64,000 nucleotides of DNA from positions 306,838,001-306,902,000 of the forward strand of contig OZ024742.1 in the NCBI GenBank assembly GCA_964016885.1. Reading direction: 5' to 3'. How positions within the stretch are numbered: position 1 is the stretch's first letter; every line of letters begins with the position of its first letter. This DNA is from Eledone cirrhosa. Its lineage: Eukaryota. The translations under genes were made by a program, and so were the position numbers. Below, one piece after another: positions 28,956 through 42,343 of the stretch. The notes under the pieces were generated by a model. That model saw only the letters and a list, made by a program, of their open reading frames with translations, was not told the DNA's origin and did not search any database.

Positions 28956-29678
28956 AAATGGGGAGAAGAATACTGCAGGTTGCACATGGATAACATGTTA
29001 TAAAATGAGTCCCTCATCAGTGATTTGCCGACGATCATAGATATTTCATTGCATTAAAAATCATATACCTCACGTCGGTGCAATAATAACTAAATTAAGT
29101 TATTAGGACAATTAAAACGCGTAAAGCGAGTGAGACAAGTAAACAACAAAGAGGAAAGCTAACCGTAGAGAGGAAGGGAACAAGTTACATAGTTATTCTG
29201 TTAACATAAGCTAGGTGAATATATGAGCGCTTAGAAAAAAGACCTTTCGAGATAAATCCAAATGTAAGAAAGAAGGAAAATGTATTAGTAGCGAACGGGG
29301 TGAAGTGAGAAGGGGAGAAACAGTGAGTGAGTGAGTGGAAGTGTGAGGAAGAGTTAACTGACATGAAAGAGGGGGCGAAAGAAAGTAGGAGAAACAGAGA
29401 GAACGAGGGAGCAGTAAGAGAGAGAGAGAGAAAAACAGAATCGCAGTTTAGGTAAATATATGTGAAAAAATGGGGAGAAGAATACTGCAGGTTGCACATG
29501 GATAACATGTTATAAAATGAGTCCCTCATCAGTGATTTGCCGACGATCATAGATATTTCATTGCATTAAAAATCATATACCTCACGTCGGTGCAATAATA
29601 ACTAAATTAAGTTATTAGGACAATTAAAACGCGTAAAGCGAGTGAGACAAGTAAACAACAAAGAGGAAAGCTAACCGT
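28951..29678 (-). mobile_element. Partial-tandem non-coding element (512 bp unit, ~1.4 copies) in (TA)n; diverged relative at ~21913-22130
   Basis: 28951-29166 repeats exactly at 29463-29678. Confidence 0.8.
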
Positions 29679-29689
29679 AACTAACCATA

Positions 29690-29774
<85 letters not shown>

Positions 29775-29904
29775 CGGTAAATAAAGGATTATGAGTTCAT
29801 ACAATTGTCTTATGTTTCGTCCCCATTATAACTCCGGAATTTATATCTTCGTTGAGTGCTCCCATCTGCATACTGAAGTACTGGATTTTACCAATACTTT
29901 TTGG

Positions 29905-29958
<54 letters not shown>

Positions 29959-29970
29959 AGTTTGAAGAAT

Positions 29971-30232
29971 AGTCAGGCCAAATTTATCCAATTTTTTTCT
30001 CCTTAGTCCGTAGAAATGAACCAGATAAATAATCAATGAAACGGAGCTAAGTTTAAAATGTAAATTTGAAGAAATAACAGATAAATGTTATCGATTTTCC
30101 TCTGTGAGGAACAGTCAGACAAAATTTACCTAGTCTTTCCTCTTAGTCCGTAAAAATTAACTAGACAAATAATTAATTAAACGGAGCTAAGTCTACAATG
30201 TAAGTTTGAAGAAAAAATATAGATAAACTTTA
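29971..30232 (+). repeat. ~142 bp imperfect tandem duplication
   Basis: agtcag..cttagtccgta..aaacggagctaagt..tgtaa.tttgaagaaa..agataaa occurs twice. Confidence 0.75.
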
Positions 30233-30550
30233 CCAAAGATTGATCCAGTCCCTACAATCGATAGTTTCGCTCGTACTTTTTTGATATGTCTAATCGTTGC
30301 ATTACCCATGAATCTCTAAGCTTTTCAAGAGACTCCCTAAGTTAAGACCAAAGTTTCTTAAGTGTTCGCCGTTAGTAACGAATTCAAAGGGGGTGAGAAA
30401 TATCACATGACTAGCGGTCAAGATAGAAGTGTCATGAAGGGTAGGTAGGATGGCAGGTAGGTTCATTGCGAGAAGAAATAGTTAGTTACCAAATATATAT
30501 ATATATATATATATATGTGAGAAAAACCACAGACCCTCCATCTCAACTCA

Positions 30551-30588
30551 CCTTTTGAAAAGCAGAAGAACTGCGAAACCGGTAAGGG
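30551..30588 (+). ncRNA. Minimal hammerhead, U3-A8 variant, in a ~145 bp insert between (TA)n tracts
   Basis: cctt-TTGAAAA-gcag aagaa ctgc-GAAA-ccgg-TA-aggg. Confidence 0.75.
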
Positions 30589-30657
30589 AACCAAATAAAT
30601 ATATATATTTTTAAAAAAAATAAGACTTCAGTTGCATTTTCGATTTCATCCCTTTTT

Positions 30658-30699
<42 letters not shown>

Positions 30700-30704
<5 letters not shown>

Positions 30705-33615
30705 GGTTTGAGGTTTACCACTGTATAGAGCTGGTCTATTCCGTATGGTCAATCGTAATGCAATAATATAGAGAGTACTCAACGTAAGGCAGTTCAACCG
30801 TCTTTGTTTTTGTAGTTGGTGGTGCTATTAGGGAGTTAAATATTATAATGAAATGACAGGAGGCTGGATTTGTGTAAATCCTTGAAAGGTTTATTATACT
30901 ATGATCATCTCAATGACCGGGTTCCGTATGAATCCGGTGATATCATCAGGTATTCGAAATATAATACGTGAATGTAATAGATAAAATCCATGGGGCTGAA
31001 AATCGAGGGCCCGAGGGCGACCGCTATTCTGTTCCTTCAAGCTCAGCCGGTCGCCCTCGAGTGACGTGGCTAAAGTTTATAGTATGCTACTACCGGTCAG
31101 ATAATCGAAAACAGAAAGGGATGCGAACATAAGTTAGCGTCAATCTCATGACACAAGGTAAAAGAAAGAAAGAAAGGAAGGAGAGAGAAGAGGGGGAAGA
31201 AAGAAGAAGAGAAGGCAGGGTTAATGTCAGCTAAAAGAAGAAATGCAACTACTATCGGTCAGATATAGGCAAGCAAGAGGGGGAAGGAAGATAAGTCTGC
31301 GGGAGGAAGACAGGAAGAGGGGAGAAGAGAAGGAAGAGAAGAGAGAAGTAGAAAAGTAAGGGTTGATGGCTACAAGAAGGAAGATAGAAAGAAAGAGGAA
31401 GAAAGGTCGATATTGATGTCAGACCACAGTCAGGCCAGGAGTGGCGCGAGAAAATGTTCACAGGGACCCGCATCTTAGCAGAGGTGAATATATTGGGAGT
31501 CAGTGTGTTACAATGTTTAGACTTATAGGATGAAGTTAAAAAATTAATAATCAATATTCAATATTAAAGAGGTTATAAATTTATAATACCTTTGCTGTAC
31601 CAATGTGCTCTTCCACGTATTCCACTTCTATGTATCCATGTATTTCTACTCCTCACATTGGGACATGTACCCATTAGTACACGACACTAGAATGTCTCCT
31701 CCTGAGAACAAAAATAAATATTACACGACTATAACCCGTACTCTACATCCCACTAGGATAAATTGCAGATCTACATAATACAATTAACGTTTCTTCATAA
31801 AAGACTCTATTTAATTAAACCCCGCAACCCCAAACCTCATAGAAGTTATTTGAATGTTTAATCTTCAATTTTCTGTTTGTTCAATTCTCAATCTTCTTAC
31901 TCTTTAGTTTTATAATGTTATTCTGAATTCTTTCAACTTCATCCGATAAAGTTAAGCAATATTTTAGAGTTCCAACTTTCTGTCGGACTGTTGGGTGGGT
32001 TTTAGTGGCGGCGCGACCAGCTCCCTGGCGCACGAGCTTACCTGGAGTGCTTGGAAAAATAAATTTCCCCTTCTTTCGGTAAATGAAAATACTCGGCGTA
32101 GCTTAATTCGCCATGGGGCCCGGGGCGCGGCCGGTGTTTTAACCGTCACATAGTACCTTTAAATTACAGAACAAATCGGAACTATTAGATATATCAACCT
32201 GAAAATGTTAAACTGCTGAACTTTAAATTTTCTAACCTCTTTAATATTGAATATTGATTATTAATTTTTTAACTTCATCCTATAGGTATAAACATTGTAA
32301 CACACTGACTCCCAATATATTCACCTCTGCTAAGATGCGGGTCCCTGTGAACATTTTCTCGCGCCACTCCTGGCCTGACTGGTCTGACATTAATATCGAC
32401 CTTCCTTCCTCTCTCTTTCTATCTTCCTTCTTATAGCCATCAACCATTACTTTTCTACTTCTCTAAGCAAAATTTTAAAGTTCCAACTTTCTGTCGGACT
32501 GTTGGGTGGGTTTTGATGGCGGCGCGACCAGCTCCCTGGCGCACGAGCTAAACTGCAGTGCTTGGAAAAATAAATTTCCCCTTCTTTCGGTAAATGAAAA
32601 TACTCGGAATAGCTTAATTCGCCATGGGGCCTGGGGCGCGACCGGTGTTTTAACCGCCACATAGTACCTTTAAATTACAGAACAAATCGGAACTATTAGA
32701 TATATCAACCTGAAAATGTTAAACTGTTGACCTTTAAATTTTCTAACATCTTTAATATTGAATATTGATTATTAATTTTTTAACTTCATCCTATAAGTCT
32801 AAACATTGTAACACACTGACTCCCAATATATTCACCTCTGCTAAGATGCGGGTCCCTGTGAACATTTTCTCGCGCCACTCCTGGCCTGACTGTGGTCTGA
32901 CATCAATATCGACCTTTCTTCCTCTTTCTTTCTATCTTCCTTCTTGTAGCCATCAACCCTTACTTTTCTACTTCTCTCTTCTCTTCCTTCTCTTCTCCCC
33001 TCTTCCTGTCTTCCTCCCGCAGACTTATCTTCCTTCCCCCTCTTGCTTGCCTATATCTGACCGATAGTAGTTGCATTTCTTCTTTTAGCTGACATTAACC
33101 CTGCCTTCTCTTCTTCTTTCTTCCCCCTCTTCTCTCTCCTTCCTTTCTTTCTTTCTTTTACCTTGTGTCATGAGATTGACGCTAACTTATGTTCGCATCC
33201 CTTTCGGTTTTCGTTTATCTGACCGGTAGTAGCATACTATAAACTTTAGCCACGTCACTCGAGGGCGACCGGCTGAGCTTGAAGGAACAGAATAGCGGTC
33301 GCCCTCGGGCCCTCGATTTTCAGCCCCATGGATTTTATCTATTACATTCACGTATTATATTTCGAATACCTGATGATATCACCGGATTCATACGGAACCC
33401 GGTCATTGAGATGATCATAGTATAATAAACCTTTCAAGGATTTACACAAATCCAGCCTCCTGTCATTTCATTATAATATTTAACTCCGTAATAGCACCAC
33501 CAACTACAAAAAACAATGACGGTTGAACTGCCTTACGTTGAGTACTCTCTATATTATTACATTACGATTGACCATACGGAATAGACCAGCTCTATACAGT
33601 GGTAAACCTAAAACC

Positions 33616-33620
<5 letters not shown>
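30700..33620. mobile_element. 2.9 kb non-coding fold-back element with ~870 bp near-identical inverted arms and an internal ~511 bp tandem duplication
   Basis: 30700-31575 is the reverse complement of 32745-33620; ~31960-32460 repeats at ~32470-32970; TA flanks; degenerate HHR in each arm. Confidence 0.88.
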
Positions 33621-33704
<84 letters not shown>

Positions 33705-33708
<4 letters not shown>

Positions 33709-34590
33709 TAAATCATGTCCTTAGAATTATTAGATAAAATATATACCATTTTCTCTCCCAATTATCATAATTAACCATATAAAAAATCAATTAGACCAGG
33801 CTATAAGAATAAAGGCTCCTATGAAGAAATATTTGATAAATAACCGAAAGCGGCCTATTCGCGGTGACCACAATAGAGTATTTACCCAACATTTCAACAG
33901 CATGTAGAAACTGACTAAATATACCGTCAACTATACACAATTAGGTGTAAATTTAAACTTAGAAGAAAGGTGTACATACCGTAATTACATCTCTACCATG
34001 GTTTCGTTCGTATTTTGAGATATCCTATTATTAAGGACGAATCTAGAGTAACGAACTCATCAGGAGACACTCAATCGGACAGTTAATTTTCCAAAGCGAT
34101 CGCGCCAGAAATAGATTTTAAAAATGGCTAAGAATCGTGACGTCGCAGTGGTCAAGTTAGAAAGAATGTGATTAGTTGCTTACGGCGAGTAGGCTGGTTG
34201 CTAGAAAGCGCAGCCCAATATCGCACAATTGCATCTCAACCCAAGGGGAGATTATTAAATATATAGATTTACATATACATAAAGTCACAGATATATATGT
34301 GGCAACCGGTCACGGGTAAATACTCTATTGTGGTCATCGCGAAGAGGCCGCTTTCGGTTATTTATCAAATATTTCTTCAGAGGAGCCTTTATTCTTATAG
34401 CCTGGTCTAATTGATTTTTTATATGGTTAATTATGCTATTTGGGAGAGGAAATGGTATATATTTTATCTAATAATTCTAAGGACATGATTTATGATATAT
34501 TGCTCTGATTATTTAATTTATTAACTCTTCATTGAGCCACATCGTGACCGCTTGCCACATATATATCTGTGACTTTATGTATATGTAAAT

Positions 34591-34595
<5 letters not shown>
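33705..34595. mobile_element. Second copy of the 26456 HHR element family with a longer inverted segment
   Basis: 33705-33888 vs 34314-34500 inverted; 34262-34312 vs 34542-34595 inverted; homologous to 26456-27105. Confidence 0.85.
33990..34067 (-). ncRNA. Type I hammerhead
   Basis: Minus strand tctc-CTGATGA-gttcg...cgaac-GAAA-ccatgg-TA-gaga. Confidence 0.8.
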
Positions 34596-34672
<77 letters not shown>

Positions 34673-34776
34673 AGTAATAATAATAAATGTGAAGACTAAA
34701 ATCCAAAGAGGGCTCGATAAGGATAAATATGTATCAAATATATAAGAACCCTAGAGCAAATATTTATTACAATAAC

Positions 34777-37650
34777 AATTTTAAAATTTAAGCAAAGTAT
34801 CGCTGCTTTCACCATTAACGGGATTTTCTAAAACTAAAAAAATCAATCTGTGAACGCAGAAGTAAATATCTCGAAAAACGTTGCAACCAAGGGAAAACAG
34901 GAAGACGATACTTTGGTTCGTGAAGACGTTCCCTGGCAATGAACGGAAAAAAGCGAAGATAATACGTCGTAATGTGGAGCGCACGCAAAGACAAAACCAC
35001 GTTTATGGTATAAATGAAGTCGTAGGCTAATATTCTATTTAGGAAACCGAATGATTCTCGGCTTCAGAGTTAAGAATAATGTAAATAAATTAGTAGAACG
35101 AAAATGACGGAGGTTATTTACCCTGAAGGATCACAAACCCAATTTCGCCAACAACCCCTCTATTCGGCTAATTACCCCTACGAAGTTCGATTTAGGTAGA
35201 CTCAGTAAAAGGATTTTAGATAGAATTATAGCTGAAATTAGAAGCTTGGCCCCTCTTGCACTGTGGAATAATTATTTCGCGGTGATTGATTGGTTCAAAT
35301 GCATATGCAACAAGGAACATTACCGTTTTAGCCAATTCAACATCAATAACTACTACTCCTCCATCACTTTACCACTTCTTCTTAGAGATATCAATTTCGC
35401 TAAAACGCTCACGGTGGTTAAGGATTTCGAAGTTGATGTCATCCTCAATGCCCGTAAGTCGTTGATTAATTTCGACGATTCTATTTGGATAAAAAATCTA
35501 ATAGTTCCCCATCCGACGTGAGTATGAGCGCCAGCGATTCGGCGGAGGTTACAGATCTTATCGGCCTTTTCCTTCTTTTCTCTATCAAGGAAGAATTCCC
35601 CAATGTGGGCGGTGGTTTGTACCGCGATGACGGTCTTTTGACCATGACAAAGTGCAGTTCACGCGATTGCGACAGGTTCAGATAAGAATTCACAGCCTTC
35701 TTTAAAGGGTTCAAACTCTCCATACAGGTTGAGGCCAACATATCGGTCGTTAATTACCTCCACATTACCCTCAATTTGTCGAATGGCTTGCACTACAAAG
35801 CCGAATGATACGCTTAATTACATAAGTAAGCATTCTAACCATCCTGCCAGCATAACCAAGAACTTGGTGAGAAACGTTTCTTTGAGGCTTTCCCGTCTAT
35901 CTACAAACGAGCATATTTTTACCGATCATTCCTCATATTACAATGAAGTTCTTGCTCGGAGGGGATTTGTCGACAAGGTAGCATATACTAAGTATGAGCA
36001 TAGACCAAGGAAAAATAGATCCCGATGCATTATATGGTATAACTAACCATAAAATATGTAGGTGGCCACACAATTAGCTAAGATCTTTCTCTCCCTTATT
36101 AAGAACCATTTCCCCTCAGCACATAAATATAATAAAAGTGTTAATAGAAATACCATTAACATATCTTACTCGACGACCCCTAACTCTGCCCATAACATCA
36201 CTGCTTCAAATTTAGCTAAATTACCTAGCCGTAGGAACACATGCAACCCTGTAGCTAGTACTAACTGTAATTGTAGGAATCGGGTTGACTACCTTCTATC
36301 CGGGAAATGCCGCTCCAGTAACATTGTCTACAAATGTAAGGTCGAAACACCCACGTCCCGTAGGGACTATATAGGATTAACCGCCAATAGATTCAAGCAG
36401 CGTCTTTACATGCACACCCATTCTTTTCTTAACCCTTTAAGAAGGAATATGACGTCACTTGCAGCTTATATCTGGAGTCTAAAAGACAACCACACCCAAT
36501 ATAGGTTACACTGGGAGATCGTAGCTTAAGCTAGATCATATAACGGAAATAAAAGACTATGCGATATTTGCGCTGCTGAAGACCTGGAAATACTCTACGC
36601 CAATGACCACATCTTAAACAAAAAATCGGAGGCAATTTCGGCTTGTAAATACAAATTGCATAAAACTTTCCTGTATTACAGCCCCACATTATACCCTAAC
36701 GGATAGTACGAACAATACGCGGATAATTTGCGTCTTGGTGTGGTAGCTAAGTATATTTTATGTTTATACCATTACTCATTTGTATAGGTAAGTATATCTT
36801 ACCCGTATGTTTTGTGAAGGTACGTATACTTTCTCGTACGTTTATATGCTTGTATTTGTTATAGGTGTATATATTATATTATATACACTGGTATATGTGT
36901 ATATGATTATGTGTATATGTGTATTTTGTGTTTGTGTGTGTATGCGTGTATGCTTGTTTGCACGTATCTAAGGTGTGTACATTGTGTTTTGGTTGATGTA
37001 CGTTTGGTGAAAATATGTGCTTTTACCTGTAGGGATGTGTGTGCGTGCGCTACGTATTTATGTGTGTACATTTATATACATTTATATAAATATATGTATA
37101 TACATACAGACATATATTTTTTTATGTGTATTTGGTGTATACGTTCGTATATATGTGGGTACAAGTGATGCGCGTGTTTATGTATGTGTGCGCGTGTTTA
37201 TGTGTACGTGCATGTATATGCATGCATGACGGGTGTTTCCGCGTATGCACGTGTATGTACGTATATAGATGCGTGTATATATTTAATTATTATTGATTTT
37301 AATAACCTCTGGCATTTTCGTTCTACTAATTTATTTACATTACTCTTAACTCGGAAGCCGAGAATCATTCGGTTTTCTAAATAGTATATTAGTCTACGAC
37401 TTCATTTATACCATAAACGTGGTTTTGTCTTTGCGTGTATTTGTTCTCGTCGATCCACATAACGACCTATTATCTTCGCTTTTTTCCGTTCTTTGCCAGG
37501 GAACGTTTCACGAACCAAATTATCGTCTTCCTGTTTTCCTTCGGTTGCAACGCTTTTCGAAATATTAACTTCTGCGTTCACAGATTGACTTTTTTTTTGT
37601 TTCAGTAGATCCCGTTAAGAATGAAAGCAGCGATTCTTTGCTTAAACTTT
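34777..37650 (+). mobile_element. Hydra-clade-like PLE, 5'-truncated, with ~330 bp inverted terminal segments, in (TA)n
   Basis: 34777-35106 is the reverse complement of ~37313-37650; RT + endonuclease lie between. Confidence 0.85.
35110..36700 (+). pseudogene. PLE RT / GIY-YIG ORF with stops and frameshifts
   Basis: TLKDHKPNFANNPSIRLI, GLYRDDGL, YISKHSNHP, RSRCIIWYN, HFPSAHKY..NRNTINISYS, CNCRNR..GKCRSSNIVY..YIGLTANRFKQR, CDICAAE..LNKKSE. Confidence 0.88.
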
Positions 37651-37664
37651 AATCTTTTATTTTA

Positions 37665-37815
<151 letters not shown>

Positions 37816-37851
37816 TGTGTGTATTTATATATATACGTACATACATGTACA

Positions 37852-37948
<97 letters not shown>

Positions 37949-38204
37949 TTATATATATATATATATCAATGATATTAAACAAATGGAAACTATATTTATA
38001 AAATCATATTTATTCTATTATATATATTTCAAGGGTACTAAAACTGTGGTACGCTCTCATTAGATAAAATACAAAGTTTGTTTTATAAATATTGGCATAT
38101 TCAGAAAGGAGATCTTAACGGTTCACGGTTTTCCTGACCGTTAAGAAATTATGAGAAATTATGTGTGTTAGATTATTATAGAATTCCAGTAATAATCAGG
38201 AACT

Positions 38205-38257
38205 GATAAGCTTTGATAAGTACCAAAAAGTACGAAACAGAGCTCTGTCAGCTTATC
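38205..38257 (+). ncRNA. Type I hammerhead, U3-A8 variant, first of a tandem pair
   Basis: gataagct-TTGATAA-gtac caaaaa gtac-GAAA-cagagctctg-TC-agcttatc; perfect 8-bp stem I and palindromic stem III. Confidence 0.85.
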
Positions 38258-38532
38258 TCCCTTTGTTTGCTGAATATTTAAGTAAGCGACATTGTCGCTA
38301 CTTTAAAACAATAGTGTATGGTCTTCAAAATGCTTTTAATTAAGCATACAGTGTAATGCAAAATACAATATATATACATTCATATATATATCGCCATTTC
38401 AGAGCACCAATTCAAATTTTCCATTTCTGCTGGACCGGCGACCGCTCTGTATAATCAATTTCTGATTATTACTGGAATTCTATAAGAATCCAACACACAT
38501 AACACATCATTTTCAGCAAATAGGGAGATTAG

Positions 38533-38582
38533 TGAGCTTTGATAAGTACCAAAAAGTACGAAACACAGCTCTGTCAGCTTAT
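38533..38582 (+). ncRNA. Type I hammerhead, U3-A8 variant, second tandem copy (~326 bp downstream)
   Basis: tgagct-TTGATAA-gtac..gtac-GAAA-cacagctctg-TC-agctta. Confidence 0.8.
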
Positions 38583-39374
38583 CTCCCCTTCTTTGCTGAA
38601 CATTTAAGTAAGCGACATTGTCGCTACTTTAAAACAATAGCCTATGGTCTTCAAAATGTTTTTAATTAAGCATACAGTGTATTTCAAAATACACTATATA
38701 TACATTCATATATATATATAAGATCGACGCTCATGGCTGAAGTTTTAAATTATTATGAAATCTGATCTATGGTTTCGGATGGTGTGTGGGTATTTGTCTG
38801 TATGTCGGTAGCATCAGTCTTATTTGTCCGTGTCGGTGTAGTGGGATGATCTATTTTTGCCGTAGTGTATATTGTAAAGTTGCTGGAATTTCATATTCAG
38901 ATGTTTCTTCTCCCGCTTGACGGCATATAGCGGATTTCCTTCTGCTTTACGGTTCGATAAATATAGATCAATGCCATGCAGGTCCAGGTTAAAATAATAA
39001 AATATGAGCACCAGAATGATCATGCTCCATTGAGTAAAAGCCATAAAATAGTGCCTCAATACAAGCCGGGTTTGAACTCAGAATGTAAATGTACTATGAT
39101 TACAAACTAAAAATAATATAATTATTGCGTTCCCTTTTCTATTATTTTGTCAATCGATATTGATGATATTTTCTTTAATCTGGTGCAATTTACACTAGTA
39201 CAAGGCTAGTTCTTATTTTAAGGAATGGCAATCAAATAAAGCATGGGAAGATAAATTTCGGAGTTTGTCTTTCCCTTCACTTTTATCAGAAGTGGTTGTT
39301 TAGAAATAATGTTCTCGTCAATAAGTGCATTAAAGTAAATTGTTAAAAGTTATCTGGCTTAATATATTGGTTAT

Positions 39375-39500
39375 ACTTTTGGCACAAGGCCAGCAAATTC
39401 CCCAGTGCATTACTGGTACTTTATTTTATCGACCCCATATGGATGAAAGGCAAATTAACGTCGAGGGGATTTGAACCCAGACCGTAAAGAGACGTAACTG
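39375..39500 (-). mobile_element. Meta-like SINE, partial
   Basis: Reverse complement of the SINE core and tail. Confidence 0.8.
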
Positions 39501-39625
39501 TCTTAATATATTGCGCACATATTACTCTTCAGTTTTCATACAGTAAGCGTCCTAGGATATTTTTCCCAGTCATTCAACGATAACACCTGTACGCATTGTA
39601 CCAATCTAAACAATCAGCATTATAC

Positions 39626-40183
39626 CGGTAGAGGGTCGGACGCCATGCTTTGACGCATAGAGTAACGGCCCTTGTCATTCTGAGTTCAAATCCCGCCGAA
39701 GTTAACTTTGCCTTTCATCCCTACGGGGTCGATAAAATAAAGTAACAGTAATGCACTGGGTAATTGCTGGCCTTGTGCCAAAGGTAGAAACAATTATTAT
39801 GATTGGCTGTTGCATTAGCAGTATCGATAGAGGGTCGGACAGTATGCTTTCCAGCATAGTTACGTCCCTTTACGTTCTGAGTTCAAATCCCGTCGAGGTT
39901 AACTTTGGCTTTCATCCTTACAGGGTCGTCAAAATAAAGTACCAGTAATACACTGCTTAATTTGCTGGCTTTGTGCCAAAAGTAGAAACAATTATTATGA
40001 TTGGCAGTATCGGTAGAGGGCCGGACGCCATGCTTTGCAGTATAGAGTTTCGCCCCTTTGCGGTTTGAGTTCAAATTCCGCTGAGGTTAGCTTTGCCTTT
40101 CATCCTTACGGGGTCGATAAAATAAAGTACCAGCAATGTACTCGGTAATTGCTGGCCTTGTGCCAAAATGTAGAAACAATTAT
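39626..40183 (+). mobile_element. Three head-to-tail Meta-like SINE copies
   Basis: Units at ~39626-39797, 39815-39995 and 40001-40183, each ending gtagaaacaattat. Confidence 0.88.
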
Positions 40184-41719
40184 TATTCACGAGCGAAAAA
40201 ATCAGAAACCATTATTGTCGACGAGGAAACGATGGGACTCAACCTGCTAGCAATAGCAAACACATCTGACTGAACCCTTGGAAAACTCTGATGTCCAGTT
40301 AAACTCGGAACATGCAAGTGTGTAACTCAATATAGCTATAAGATATTTCCTTCTTTTCTCAACTAATTGCGTTATTCAAGATTGCATTTATCACGTGATC
40401 TGGTAATTAGAGGTGTAGCGCTGGTGATATTAATGTACTGGGTTCTATTTTGGCCGGGCTGTATCTTGTATGGATCTTGCGTGGAAATAAGAACGTTGAT
40501 AGCCCTAACCCGGAAGGAAACCATAGTCACACCAGAAAGTTTTATGGGGAAGACAGACGTTATCAAGCTGCAATTGTGATACGATGTAGTTTCTGTATAA
40601 TAAAACTATTATCACATGTAGAAATTTCAGCCCATTACTGAATAGGCCTTGATCCACCCTTTCCGTGTATCGCTGAGCTACAAACCCTCAAAATCGAACC
40701 ATCTTTCGTTGAGTAAGATACTTCATTTCATACTAATCTATTCCCCTGACCTGAAGAACAGTATGATCAGCAGCAATTGGGAGTTATTCGTGGGACGAGC
40801 TGGTGTCCTGTTTTATATTCTCAGTCGATTATGGCCGAATAAAACCAATATAAGCGCAGACCTTCGTCCAAACCGTTCTAGAATGAAAAAATAGGCGTAA
40901 AACTGATAGATATATTTTAAACATATTTTTCTATTTTCAGTAATTTATATTTTCTTTGTGTTGATATTTGTGTCTTTGTTGACATTGATTGTTTTGCTGT
41001 ATTTCGCTTGTTTGTTTCTGTCTTGGAGGGAAGGGTTGGGGAGGGTTGTCTTGTCGAAATAATTCCCTTTTTTCATAAGTTTCACAATTTTTTTTCACAT
41101 TACCTTTATGTATATATCCTATCCCATATTCACTTCACCCATCATATTCACTGACTTCCACAGCCTTTCACATTTTCTGTTTTTGTTGTATGTATTCTTC
41201 TTGATTTTCTTTATGTATCTGTATGTTTCTAGAAGGCAGGGCCTTTTCACACCCATCTCTATGTTTTTCTCTGCTTCCTTCCTGTTAATCTTCCTTTCAC
41301 TTTTTCTGTGCTTCTTTATAACATTTCAAGTTCGTTGCCCTTTCTCCTTTTATTTTTCATCATTTATGTTATTATTATTTTTACTACTACTACTACTACT
41401 ACTGCTACTTCTATATAATAATAACAATAATAATGTGAAGAAGAAGAAGAAGAAGAAGAAGAAGAAGAAGAAGAAGAAGAAGAAGAAGAAGAAGAAGAAG
41501 AAGAAGAAGAAGAAGAAGAAGAAGAAGAATGCTGATGATGATAATGATAAAATATTGATACTACTATTAATCCTACTATTCCTGCTAATAATATTACTAC
41601 TCCGTTATTTTATGTTATTCACATTTTTAGTTCCTTGAAATGAAGGCAGTGATGGTTTATAGAATGTTTGTGTGTATGCTCCTTTACATTTAAGTCTATG
41701 TATGACAGTGTGTGTATGT

Positions 41720-41833
<114 letters not shown>

Positions 41834-42239
41834 GTGTGTGCTTTTTTGTGAGCGGTCACGTGTTTATATGTGGGGAGGGACGTATGTGCTTAAGGAAGTC
41901 GTAATGTTAAAAGGTCGGTATGCTGACATATTGAAAACCACGGTTCATCTGTGTGGTGTTGAACCGGAAGTTTCGTCAGATCAAATGTGAGTAAACGAGG
42001 TTGCTGTCAGATAGATGTCTACACTCTCACAAGGCTTCTGACATTATATCTTAAGACTTGAGGTGGAAACTATTCTCTCTGCAATATTGTTCTTTGTATT
42101 GTTCTTATACCCATCAAATTTTTTATTCGTAATATCTTAGTTTTTCTTTTTCCATTACGTATGTCTATATACATACATACATACATACATAAACACACAC
42201 ACATACATACATACATACATACATGCATACATACATACA

Positions 42240-42343
<104 letters not shown>

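Noticed and set aside
41108-41638. 176-aa ORF with poly-L/N/K
   Set aside because: Composed of (CTA)n, (AAT)n and (AAG)n microsatellites.
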